From positions 55,506 to 119,505 of the forward strand of contig JAFXEB010000003.1 of assembly GCA_017521025.1 (NCBI GenBank): a stretch of 64,000 bases of DNA, written 5' to 3'. Source of the DNA: Clostridia bacterium. GTDB lineage: Bacteria > Bacillota > Clostridia > Oscillospirales > CAG-382. Below, piece after piece: positions 48,401 through 56,492 of this stretch (its first letter is position 1; each line of letters begins with the position of its first letter). A model generated the notes under the pieces. The model saw nothing but the letters and a program-made list of their open reading frames with translations, searched no databases and was not told the origin of the DNA. The translations under genes and the position numbers were made by a program.

Positions 48401-50006
48401 CATCGCGGTGTTGAGACAGGTTTTTCCTTGTTCCCACCTCTTTTTCAAGAATATTCGAAATTTCTTTTACATCATCGAGAGTGTGTGCATGATATCTTAT
48501 TGTTCTGCTGTTATTCCACGCATGAGGCAAATATTTAGTAAATCCCCAAGTCGCATCGTCTTCATCTCCTGTGATCATAACGAGTTTGACTTCGTCATAT
48601 CCATGCAAAGCAACCATTTGCAAAATGAGCGACATGATCATATTGTCACGGCATTCCTTGTCTCCATAAACGCCGATTGCCACATTCTCTGTAAGAGAAA
48701 TACTAATAGGCACATTCTTAAGTTGCTTCGGCTCTTCCGCAAGTGCCAACATCGCATTTTGTAAGGAGTCATCGTCCATTGTGAACTTCTTGTCTTGGTA
48801 CTTTACATCGAGATTCATATTGACCGTGCCCGTACCTAGGCGTAGTCTTAAGAAATCGCTCTGCCCAATTGAACGTTCCCATAAGTTTGGCTTTGTCCGA
48901 ATAACTCTTTCCAGGCACTCCTCTTGAGATATGAATGTCTCTTTGAGAATTCCCGCCTGTTGTTTTGCAATATCCTTAATTTGATCGCCTATTTCGTTCA
49001 GATAGGCAAAGTATTTCTTCTGTCGTTTCTTTTCGTGCTTAATTTTCTCTTTTTTCTCATGCTTCTTAGTGAGAATCGGCCAGAGCACAGTTCCTAAAAG
49101 CATACTGACGGACATAACCAATGTAGGCAGGGCCTGTGTAATTTTTCCGCCGTTAGCAATCACGTTGGACACAGAAAGAATACCCGTACTAACTGAGGTC
49201 ATTGCCATAGTCAGTGAAGGCCCTAGCATCAAGGCCAGCGGCACAGTATCAATTTTCTGTGTCTGTGGGGGAGGATCGATATGTATCTCCTCTCGCTTTA
49301 CCTCTCGATGAAAACGGGGAGATCTAAAGAAAAACTTTTTTTCCGGAAGCTCAGCCACCTCTTCCGATGGCTGAACTGCCTGCTGTTCATATCTTGAAAG
49401 CCCCTCGGCTCTGATTTTTAGTTGCATATCAGGATTATTAATTGCGAAATAGGAATCACCTATCACAATTTTTAATCCCATAATGTAGATGAAATCGCCA
49501 GGATTCAGCTTTTGAGTTTGAATGCGGAATCCGTTTACATATGTACCGTTTCTACTTCCTAGATCAGTAATCGACCAATTTTCACCATCGTATATCAATT
49601 TTGCATGATAGGTTGAAGCAAATCCATTCGAATAGCAAAAGTTATTATCTTCAGCTCGTCCAATCGTGAAAACAGCGCCCTCATGAACCACAATCTTTGA
49701 CAATGTCTGTCTCGTTTCATCAATCGGTTCAGTAAAAAGGATAACCCTCTCATCGCTATTTTCAATTCTGATATTCAAGAAACTATTTATTGATAGTTCC
49801 GCCTTCTCTATGTGGGTGTTCTTTTCACCTAAAATAGCAACCTTCTTGTTAGACTTTGCGCACCACTTGCCATCATCCGCTTCAATGCTAACCAGTTGAC
49901 GTAGTGTTCCCTTTGCATCGAAGTCGTTCAGCCAATATTGTCCTTTCACTTTATCCGGCAATGTTAAGCTAAACATCTGCTCTGCCTTTATAAGATTAAC
50001 TATCAT
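45432..50006 (-). CDS. essC: EssC/YukB-type T7SS FtsK/SpoIIIE ATPase (N-terminal FHA domains, 2 TM, three P-loop domains)
   Basis: 1524 aa. FHA: FTIGRAEDNNFCYSNGFASTYHAKLIYDGENWSITDLGSRNGTYVNG. TM helices near aa 255-310. Walker A sites GMTGSGKSEF and GATGNGKTTF, plus a third degenerate domain. Confidence 0.9.
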   Translation of the reverse strand: MIVNLIKAEQMFSLTLPDKVKGQYWLNDFDAKGTLRQLVSIEADDGKWCAKSNKKVAILGEKNTHIEKAELSINSFLNIRIENSDERVILFTEPIDETRQTLSKIVVHEGAVFTIGRAEDNNFCYSNGFASTYHAKLIYDGENWSITDLGSRNGTYVNGFRIQTQKLNPGDFIYIMGLKIVIGDSYFAINNPDMQLKIRAEGLSRYEQQAVQPSEEVAELPEKKFFFRSPRFHREVKREEIHIDPPPQTQKIDTVPLALMLGPSLTMAMTSVSTGILSVSNVIANGGKITQALPTLVMSVSMLLGTVLWPILTKKHEKKEKIKHEKKRQKKYFAYLNEIGDQIKDIAKQQAGILKETFISQEECLERVIRTKPNLWERSIGQSDFLRLRLGTGTVNMNLDVKYQDKKFTMDDDSLQNAMLALAEEPKQLKNVPISISLTENVAIGVYGDKECRDNMIMSLILQMVALHGYDEVKLVMITGDEDDATWGFTKYLPHAWNNSRTIRYHAHTLDDVKEISNILEKEVGTRKNLSQHRDEEFSPYYVCIITSDTLRKKCTALKQILSEDNLGFTAIITGDKFSDFPKETRTIIHANGTNSKLFDKDDTSGKQVSFAADVANKMVFENMSTKLANIELDVAEKSFVLPNMMTFLEMFNVGKVEHLNSLARWKENNPTKTLQTPIGIGADGDSFMLDLHEKYHGPHGLVAGMTGSGKSEFIITYILSLAVNYHPDEVSFILIDYKGGGLTGAFENSDKGIKLPHLAGTITNLDGAAITRSLVSIQSELRRRQAVFNEARRISNEGTMDIYKYQQLYREKIVSDPMPHLFIISDEFAELKTQQPEFMEQLISAARIGRSLGVHLILATQKPSGVVDDQIWSNSRFRVCLKVQEKSDSQDMIKCPDAAELSQTGRFYLQVGFNELFAMGQSAWCGAEYQPSDVVEKPIDASIQVVDSLGRPIISVKPNPKATSGSKIKQIVSVVKYLSDLAVDEGVTARTLWLEPIPSHVYVDQLEEKYAKRSYGTVLNPVVGEYDDPFNQKQDVLTIPLSAEGNCLVFGATGNGKTTFATTLCYSLIKNHTPVEVNLYLMDYGSETLKAFSSAPHVGGVVTASDDEKCVNLLKMLLKEMEARRSLFSSYGGDYTNYCKNSGKTVPNIVVVLNNFSGFAEQMEDYQEEFALLTRDGVKYGIYFVVTATHSNAVRYRVQQNFKMLLTMQLNDATDYVTIVGKNDGVIPSKHKGRGLVALDRVYEFQTAYCTEEQDVQNFIRQFCEGIKAKTTVTAKPIPILPQIVDSEFVEQKINGLASIPVGVAKNSLEIITFNLEKKVVLPVLSQDAHEMVDFVEELVPIIARGCHVTVVDTEKELDKCEKFVTKLNFADIVLEMFNEMVLRNNLYKDANLDASVLEQFDERCYVIFGVKRLFEQLSDDAKDKLATLLVKADPIYKIHFVLCDSASQIKKYEYDQWYKQHIIGADGIWVGEGVADQFAFKINKITSEMYEDVGKHFGYYIYRNRPILAKLLSAEKKGADLE

Positions 50007-50322
50007 CTCTATCCTCCCCAGTATTCATTTGGCGTTCCAGCAAAAGAATTTGCTCCACAACGTTCGGATACTTCTTGACGAATTTCTTATTTCCTTTATC
50101 AAAATCATTATTACATTTAAAAAAGAACACTACAGCCAGAAACAAAGTCCATGTCATCGGCTGTAATTGCCGTTCAATCAACGATATCATTTGCCTACTA
50201 ACACCAACCTTGTTTGCAAGCTCCGTCTGTGAAACCCCCATCTCTTTTCTAAGATGCGGTAATGCCTGGGAAAGTATTGAAATCATTCGCTGCTGTTCCT
50301 CGCTGATTTTATATTCTGCCAT
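49996..50322 (-). CDS. XRE-family HTH regulator with C-terminal TM segment
   Basis: LRKEMGVSQTELANKVGVSRQMISLIERQ (HTH_3), followed by the hydrophobic segment WTLFLAVVFFF. It is the first gene of the island operon. Confidence 0.75.
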   Translation of the reverse strand: MAEYKISEEQQRMISILSQALPHLRKEMGVSQTELANKVGVSRQMISLIERQLQPMTWTLFLAVVFFFKCNNDFDKGNKKFVKKYPNVVEQILLLERQMNTGEDRDDS

Positions 50323-50411
50323 AAAATCAATTCACACCCTTCACATGCATATCCTTTTTGATATATCCACCTACATAAAGAAGCATCTATATACTTCCTA
50401 TGTTATTTCCC

Positions 50412-50441
50412 ATTATAGACCTTTGACTAACTGTTTGTCAA
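50412..50441 (-). promoter_or_regulatory. Near-consensus promoter for the island operon
   Basis: Minus strand: TTGACA (50441-50436), 18-nt spacer, TATAAT (50417-50412), about 90 nt upstream of the XRE start. Confidence 0.55.
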
Positions 50442-50454
50442 TATATTTGTAAAA

Positions 50455-50477
50455 TTTTGCAAAACTATTTTGCAAAA
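50455..50477. promoter_or_regulatory. Two copies of the palindrome TTTTGCAAAA just upstream of the -35 (operator candidate)
   Basis: TTTTGCAAAA at 50455-50464 and 50468-50477, 13 bp centre to centre. Confidence 0.4.
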
Positions 50478-50825
50478 ACACTATTCTAGTCGAATAGCAG
50501 AATGCACTTAACGCCTATATATATTCGAAAATAACGGATTGCGTAATTAGGCGCCTCTTGTTATTACACAAATATAGAGTTCAGCAGTCCGTCGCTCTAC
50601 CGACTGAACTAAAAAGGAATGTATGAATATTGTAGAGATTTCAAACGCTTTCGCCCTCCCAACAATTTACACTATTTGTGCTGTGCGTCTCTATAGCCGA
50701 CTGTTAACAGTCAAATGCTTCAACAAATTTTTGCTATGTATGAAGAAAGCGCCGTGCGGATTGCACGGCGCTTAATCTTTTAATCTATCATAGTGACTTT
50801 TCTCTGCAAATCTCCCCGGAAAATT

Positions 50826-50853
50826 GGCGTAGTAGTTGGCGTAGTGGCGTAGT
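50826..50853. repeat. Three direct GGCGTAGT repeats next to the right island boundary
   Basis: GGCGTAGT at 50826, 50838 and 50846, followed by the partially complementary GGCTACTAAACTACC. Confidence 0.5.
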
Positions 50854-50907
50854 TTTTCAGGCTACTAAACTACCAAAAAACCGCATAACTACTGGGTTTT
50901 TCTGAAA

Positions 50908-50937
50908 TTTACTTGTCCAGCGTCTTCATCGTGGGGA
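50908..50937. repeat. Right 30-bp direct repeat (attR-like) = functional 3' end of lysS
   Basis: TTTACTTGTCCAGCGTCTTCATCGTGGGGA is 29/30 identical to 26360-26389. Confidence 0.85.
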
Positions 50938-52411
50938 AGAGGAGAACATCTCTTATAGCGGGGCTGTCGGTGAGGAGCATACACATTCTGTCTATGCCGA
51001 AGCCGATACCGCCCGTGGGGGGCATACCAAGCTCAAGTGCGTTAAGGAAGTCCTCGTCGGTGCGGTTAGCCTCCTCGTCGCCCTTGGCAAGCTGCTCCTC
51101 CTGTGCCGCAAAGCGCTCTCTCTGGTCGATGGGGTCATTCAATTCAGAATATGCGTTTGCCATCTCCCAGCCGTTCATAAAGAACTCAAACCTCTCAACG
51201 TAGTCGGGGTTGTCGGGCTTTTTCTTGGTAAGGGGAGAAATTTCAACGGGGTGATCCATTACAAAGGTGGGCTGCAGCAGATGCTCCTCAACGTATTCCT
51301 CAAAGAACAGGTTGAGGATATCGCCCTTGGAATGTCTCTCCTCAAACTCAACGTGGTGCTCCTTGGCAATAGCTCTTGCCTCGTCAAGCGTCTTTACGGT
51401 AGAGAAATCCACGCCTGCATACTTCTTTACGGCGTCAACCATGGTGATACGCTCAAAGGGCTTGCCAAGATCCATCTCGATGCCGTTATATGTGATGGTA
51501 GTAGTGCCCAGTACCTTCTGTGCAACGTAGCGATACAGGTTCTCGGTCAGGTCCATCATGCCGTGATAGTCAGTATATGCCTGATAAAGCTCCATAAGAG
51601 TAAACTCGGGGTTGTGTCTTGTATCAAGACCCTCGTTACGGAATACTCTGCCTATCTCATAAACCTTTTCAAAGCCGCCAACGATCAGTCTCTTCAAATA
51701 AAGCTCAAGAGAAATACGTAGCTTCAGATCCTCGTCAAGAGCATTAAAATGGGTTTCAAAGGGTCTCGCTGCAGCGCCGCCTGCGTTGGACACCAGCATA
51801 GGCGTCTCAACCTCCATAAAGCCCTGATCGTCAAGATATCTGCGTATAGCGCTGATGATGGCGGAACGCTTGGCAAAGGTGTCCTTAACCTCGGGGTTTA
51901 CGATGAGGTCAACGTAGCGCTGACGGTAACGGGTGTCAACGTTAGTCAGACCGTGCCACTTCTCGGGCAGGGGATTGAGCGACTTGGAAAGCAGTGTAAG
52001 CTCCTTAACGTGTACGCTTATCTCGCCACGTCTGGTGCGGAACACAAAGCCCTTAACACCTACGATGTCGCCTATATCCCAGGTCTTGAACTCGGCAAAC
52101 TTCTCCTCGCCGACATCGTCCATCTTAACGTAAAGCTGTATCCTGCCGCTGCCGTCAAGCAGGTCTATAAAGTTAGCCTTACCCATATCACGCCAGCTCA
52201 TGATTCTGCCGGCAATGGCAACGTCCTTATTCTCCAGCTCTTCAAACTTTTCTTTTATCTCGGCCGCACTGCTGTCACGGTCAAAGCGCACGATGGTAAA
52301 GGGATTCTTGCCCTCAGCCTTCATTGCGCTGAGCTTTTCACGGCGCAGACGCTTCTGCTCGTTAAGCCCCTCCTCGGGGTTTACATTCTCTAAAACCTGA
52401 TTCTCGTCCAT
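50909..52411 (-). CDS. lysS: Lysine--tRNA ligase (class II)
   Basis: 500 aa. ...FMEVETPML..., [20 protein letters not shown] and [14 protein letters not shown] motifs. Confidence 0.96.
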   Translation of the reverse strand: MDENQVLENVNPEEGLNEQKRLRREKLSAMKAEGKNPFTIVRFDRDSSAAEIKEKFEELENKDVAIAGRIMSWRDMGKANFIDLLDGSGRIQLYVKMDDVGEEKFAEFKTWDIGDIVGVKGFVFRTRRGEISVHVKELTLLSKSLNPLPEKWHGLTNVDTRYRQRYVDLIVNPEVKDTFAKRSAIISAIRRYLDDQGFMEVETPMLVSNAGGAAARPFETHFNALDEDLKLRISLELYLKRLIVGGFEKVYEIGRVFRNEGLDTRHNPEFTLMELYQAYTDYHGMMDLTENLYRYVAQKVLGTTTITYNGIEMDLGKPFERITMVDAVKKYAGVDFSTVKTLDEARAIAKEHHVEFEERHSKGDILNLFFEEYVEEHLLQPTFVMDHPVEISPLTKKKPDNPDYVERFEFFMNGWEMANAYSELNDPIDQRERFAAQEEQLAKGDEEANRTDEDFLNALELGMPPTGGIGFGIDRMCMLLTDSPAIRDVLLFPTMKTLDK

Positions 52412-52436
52412 TGCTTAATTACTCCTCAAAAAACTC

Positions 52437-52904
52437 TTATCTGGAAATACCGATAACCTGTACGGTAATATTGCCACGGGGAGTTTCAATAACCTTCTCC
52501 TCGCCAAGCTTCATACCCAAAAGCCCCTTGCCGATAGGGGATTCATCAGAGATCTTGCCCTCGAAGGGGTCGCATTCGGTAGAGCCAACGATGGTATACT
52601 CGGCCTCGATGCCGTTGTTAAGCACCTTGACCTTACTGCCAAAGCTTACAATGTCGGTCTTTATGTTCTTGTCGTCGATAATAACAACGTTCTTTATGCT
52701 TTCCTCAAGCTCCACAATACGGCTCTCGACCTCGGCCTGCTCGTGCTTAGCCTCGTCATATTCGCTGTTCTCGGAAAGGTCGCCGTACTCTCTTGCCTTC
52801 TTGATAGCAGCCTTTACCTCTTCACGCTTTACTGTCTTGAGGTACTCAAGCTCAGCCTGCATCTTCTCAAAGCCTTCCTGGGATACAAATACCTGTTTTG
52901 CCAT
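52437..52904 (-). CDS. greA: Transcription elongation factor GreA
   Basis: ...KKAREYGDLSENSEYDEAKHEQA...; 155 aa. Confidence 0.95.
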   Translation of the reverse strand: MAKQVFVSQEGFEKMQAELEYLKTVKREEVKAAIKKAREYGDLSENSEYDEAKHEQAEVESRIVELEESIKNVVIIDDKNIKTDIVSFGSKVKVLNNGIEAEYTIVGSTECDPFEGKISDESPIGKGLLGMKLGEEKVIETPRGNITVQVIGISR

Positions 52905-52970
52905 AGTTTAAAAAACCTCGTTTTCGTATTTGCGGGACAAAGCTGTAAAACTGAACACCAAAGGTCTCGC

Positions 52971-54308
52971 TTAGTCTTGGGTGTCCATCGCCTTCAGTGC
53001 GTCTATTGCCGCCTGAAGCTGGGTGTCTTCTTCCTCAGATACCATATAATATATCTTATCCTCGGGCAGCGATACCTCAACGTCGGGCTTTACGCCAACG
53101 CCATTGTAGTTCTCGCTGAACGGGGGAGAATACATAGAAGTAGTAAGCTTTAAGGTGTCGCCGTTATCCAGCGGATAAAGGGTCTGCATAACACCCTTGC
53201 CATAGGTGGTCTCGCCCACAAGCGTGGCAAGCTTGTAGTCCTTCAAAGCAGCCGCAAACAGCTCTGCCGCAGATGCGGTGTTGCCGTTGATGATTACTGC
53301 CATAGGGGCCTCAACAATGGCGCCTGCCTTGGAGTTGTCAGACCTTTCCGTGCCGTCCGCCAATGTCCAGCGCACTATCGGACCCTCGGGCAAAAGCATA
53401 TCGAGGATCTTTACTATAGTGCTGAGATACCCGCCCGAGTCCTCACGCACGTCAAAAATATACTTTTCGGCACCCATAGATTGCAAAGCCTTAACCGCTT
53501 CCTCGAAAGCCTTTGCGGTGTCAGAGGCGAGGCTGTCTATGCGGATATAGCCAATGCTTTGTTCGCTCTCAAGCAGTCTGTACTCAATAGAGCTGACAAC
53601 AAAGCTGCCTCTTACAACATCTATATCCAAAGACTCACCGCCACGCTTTACGGTAAGCTTAACGGTGGTGCCCTCAGTGCCGCCTACTCTGTCAACGGAT
53701 TCCTTATAATTCTCGTAGGTGACCGCAACGCCGTCAACGGCGGTAATAATGTCGCCCTTCTGTATGCCCGCCTTGTCGGCAGGTGCGCCGTCAAAGATAT
53801 AATAAACTATCATACCCTCGCTCTCTGCGGTCATATAGATGCGAACACCAATGCCCACCTTCTTGCCGTAGTCGCCGTCAATAAAGCTGTCGGACTGCAC
53901 CTTGGTCATATATTGAGAGTAGGGGTCACCAAGAGAAGCAACGTACATCTCAAGGGCGTTCTGCATCATTTCCTCAGGCTCTATCTTGCCGATATAGTTC
54001 TCGGAAATAAGCTCATATATCTCTAAAAAACGCTCATAATCGGCGGCAAGGTCATAGGAGGCTTCATCCTCGCCGCTTACCTCGCTCTCCACGTCGCTGC
54101 TATCCGAGGTGTCCCCGTAAATATCATCCAGACTGTCATGCACGGGTCCGCAGGAGGTAAAGGAAAACAGCACCGTGCCTGCAACAAACACAAGCACCAG
54201 CAGTGCGGCAAGCAAGGGGCGCATACCGCCAATCAGCCTTTTAAGCTCCTTTTCCGTTTCCTGAGTTTCAAAATCGTTTTCGTGTGTCGCCATTAATAAA
54301 CCTCGCAA
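52971..54308 (-). CDS. S41 family C-terminal processing peptidase with PDZ domain
   Basis: N-terminal TM helix; PDZ GDIITAVDG; catalytic GNTASAAELFA and TYGKG. The start is uncertain, with an alternative ATG at 54293. Confidence 0.88.
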   Translation of the reverse strand: MRGLLMATHENDFETQETEKELKRLIGGMRPLLAALLVLVFVAGTVLFSFTSCGPVHDSLDDIYGDTSDSSDVESEVSGEDEASYDLAADYERFLEIYELISENYIGKIEPEEMMQNALEMYVASLGDPYSQYMTKVQSDSFIDGDYGKKVGIGVRIYMTAESEGMIVYYIFDGAPADKAGIQKGDIITAVDGVAVTYENYKESVDRVGGTEGTTVKLTVKRGGESLDIDVVRGSFVVSSIEYRLLESEQSIGYIRIDSLASDTAKAFEEAVKALQSMGAEKYIFDVREDSGGYLSTIVKILDMLLPEGPIVRWTLADGTERSDNSKAGAIVEAPMAVIINGNTASAAELFAAALKDYKLATLVGETTYGKGVMQTLYPLDNGDTLKLTTSMYSPPFSENYNGVGVKPDVEVSLPEDKIYYMVSEEEDTQLQAAIDALKAMDTQD

Positions 54309-54311
54309 AAA

Positions 54312-55544
54312 TTAACCCGTGTAGTAATAACCTTGTGTGTAGTAGGTAGGCAAATAGTCCTCGGGGTCAACGTAAACACCGTTCTTGGTCACTGCAAAAT
54401 GCAGATGATAACCGCTGGACTGACCCGTAGTGCCCACTCTTGCAATAACTTGGTCCTTCAACACCTTGTCACCTGCGTTAACAAGCAGAGAATCGCAGTG
54501 GGCGTATATGGTAACTATGCCGCCGCCGTGGCTGACAAATACCACGTTGCCGAAAGCACCTCTGTAGCCCGAATAGGTGACCGTGCCGGCATCGACCGCC
54601 CTGATAGCGGTGCCTCTGGCACAGGCGAAGTCCATGCCGTTGTGATGCTCGTACTGAACAAAGGGACCGTCAAGCCTTATGCCAAAGCGGGAGGTTATCT
54701 TGTAGCTTGAATAACCAACCAAGGGGAAGCTGAACTTGCCGTCATAGGTAGCCTCAAGCTTGTCCTTGATCTGCTGTTCAAGCTCTGCTATGAGCTTTCT
54801 CAGCTCTTCCTCCTCGGCCTCCATAGCTTCCTTCTCTTTTTCCGTGTACTCAAGCTGGTCACGGCTTTCGCCAAGCTTTTCGTCAAGCTCCTTGTCCTTG
54901 GCTAATAGATCAGCCTTGGTCTTTTCAAGCTCGGCCTGATAGTCTACAAGCGCCTTGTTGGCTTCCTCATAATCGCTCTGCTTCTTGGAGATAGCGTCAA
55001 TAGTGGCGTTTATCTCACCTATAAGCTTGTCACTGCTGCCGAGTATGCTCTCCATACACTCCACGTAGGACAGATACTCAGAATAGCTTTCTGACTTCAA
55101 GAACACCTCAAGCTTTGAATCGTTGCCGTGCTTGAACATATACACAAGTACCGTGCTGAAATCGTCAAGCTGCTTTTCAAGCTCTTCTATCTTGCGCAAT
55201 CTTTCTTCAGCAGTTGCGGTTATAATAGCTTCATACTGAGAAACTATACCGTTTATGGCATCCACCTCAGAGGAGAGCAGGGTATACTCCTTTTCCAGCA
55301 TAAGCTTTTGCTCATACATGGTCTGCATATCGAGATTGGTCTGCTCTTTCTGCTCCTCTAAGTTTTCTTTATTGTTTTTGATGCCGTTCAGCTTCTCCTT
55401 AAGGGCATTAAGCTTCTGTTGATCCTCGGTGATAGAGGTAGTGCTGCCTGCGGCGCCAATGGTCAAGGACGCCTCAAGCCACTTGCCGCCTACGCCAAGG
55501 CACAGCACCAAGCACAGCATTAATAAAGATAATCTTTTTAGCAT
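54312..55544 (-). CDS. M23 family metallopeptidase with N-terminal coiled coil (EnvC/PcsB-like, FtsEX-associated)
   Basis: Signal peptide and long coiled coil. HNGMDFA...GNVVFVSHGGGIVTIYAHC...GYHLHFAV. Confidence 0.88.
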   Translation of the reverse strand: MLKRLSLLMLCLVLCLGVGGKWLEASLTIGAAGSTTSITEDQQKLNALKEKLNGIKNNKENLEEQKEQTNLDMQTMYEQKLMLEKEYTLLSSEVDAINGIVSQYEAIITATAEERLRKIEELEKQLDDFSTVLVYMFKHGNDSKLEVFLKSESYSEYLSYVECMESILGSSDKLIGEINATIDAISKKQSDYEEANKALVDYQAELEKTKADLLAKDKELDEKLGESRDQLEYTEKEKEAMEAEEEELRKLIAELEQQIKDKLEATYDGKFSFPLVGYSSYKITSRFGIRLDGPFVQYEHHNGMDFACARGTAIRAVDAGTVTYSGYRGAFGNVVFVSHGGGIVTIYAHCDSLLVNAGDKVLKDQVIARVGTTGQSSGYHLHFAVTKNGVYVDPEDYLPTYYTQGYYYTG

Positions 55545-55574
55545 AGCAAAACTCCTGAATAGGGAAAAAGGGTC

Positions 55575-56492
55575 TTAAACGTTCAAATGCTTCTTAACGG
55601 ATACCGCACTGGCTACCACGCCCGCAAACAGCCCCACTGCAAGGAATGCAAGGGGGATAAGGGGCAGGTATTCCGTAACGGGCACCATATTGATAGCGTC
55701 ATAGCTTGACAGAATGTCAGCAACAACAAAGCTGTACAGATAATACTGTATGCCCAGAGAGATTATTGCAGATACAAGACCGATAATGATACCCTCAACT
55801 ATAAAGGGAGTCACTACAAAAGGACTCTTGGCGCCGATATAGCGCATTACCATAATATCCTTTCTGCGTGCAAACACAGTAAGCTTTACGGTGTTCATTA
55901 TTATGAGTATCGCAATAACAAGCAATATAGCCATAAGCCAAATGCCCACCATAGTAACGGTAGAGCTTATATCGTTTACCGACTCATACATATCAATGTT
56001 GGATTCTATCTCGTCCCCACCGAATATCACCTCAAGGTTGCGCATCAGCGGATGCACCTCGTCTATATCCCTGAACTTTATGCGGAAGGTCTCGGGCAGG
56101 GGATTATTGGTCTCGTCATACCCGCTAAGTACCTGAGCAAGCTCGTCGCTCTGCGCCGCCATCTCTGCCAGCGACTCTGCCTTGGTGATGTGAACAAAGC
56201 TGACTATATTGCTGTCCTCGCTCTCGGCAAGCTCTGTCAATGCCTGCTTTTTCTGCAAAAGCTGCTCGTCATCCGTAGCGGCGTGGACGTAACAGTTTAT
56301 GGTCTGTATATCCTCGGTCTGCTCCTCTATGAAATTGTCAAGGTTGTCAATAATGGCATAAAAAGAGCCAAGCACCAGCATACAGCAAATAAGCACAAGT
56401 ATCGCCGCAGTGGTCATGGCGCCGTTTCGCCAAAAGCTAACAAAGCCCTGACCTATAAGATAAGGCAGGTTTCTAAGCTTCATGCACGCCAC
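55575..56492 (-). CDS. ftsX: Cell-division ABC transporter permease FtsX
   Basis: (MAC)MKLRNLPYLIGQGFVSFWRNG...; four TM helices; downstream of and overlapping ftsE. Alternative start at 56483. Confidence 0.9.
   Translation of the reverse strand: MACMKLRNLPYLIGQGFVSFWRNGAMTTAAILVLICCMLVLGSFYAIIDNLDNFIEEQTEDIQTINCYVHAATDDEQLLQKKQALTELAESEDSNIVSFVHITKAESLAEMAAQSDELAQVLSGYDETNNPLPETFRIKFRDIDEVHPLMRNLEVIFGGDEIESNIDMYESVNDISSTVTMVGIWLMAILLVIAILIIMNTVKLTVFARRKDIMVMRYIGAKSPFVVTPFIVEGIIIGLVSAIISLGIQYYLYSFVVADILSSYDAINMVPVTEYLPLIPLAFLAVGLFAGVVASAVSVKKHLNV

Larger units (their letters stand above)
26360..50937. mobile_element. ~24.5-kb genomic island integrated into the 3' end of lysS (T7SS-like, toxin and STK/PP2C/FHA cargo); no recombinase detected
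   Basis: Flanking 30-bp direct repeats duplicate the lysS tail. All genes are on the minus strand. It is visibly lower in GC than both flanks. The ancestral terminator is displaced to the left end. Confidence 0.75.

Noticed and set aside
50583-50615. tRNA-like fragment on the minus strand (TAGTTCAGTCGGTAGAGCGACGGACTGCTGA resembles a tRNA D-arm plus the start of an anticodon arm)
   Set aside because: There is no complementary 3' half of the anticodon stem, no T-arm (GGTTCGAATCC-like) and no plausible acceptor stem. The segment also folds as a simple inverted repeat (AGTTCAG...CTGAACT). At most it is a decayed tRNA remnant, not a gene.
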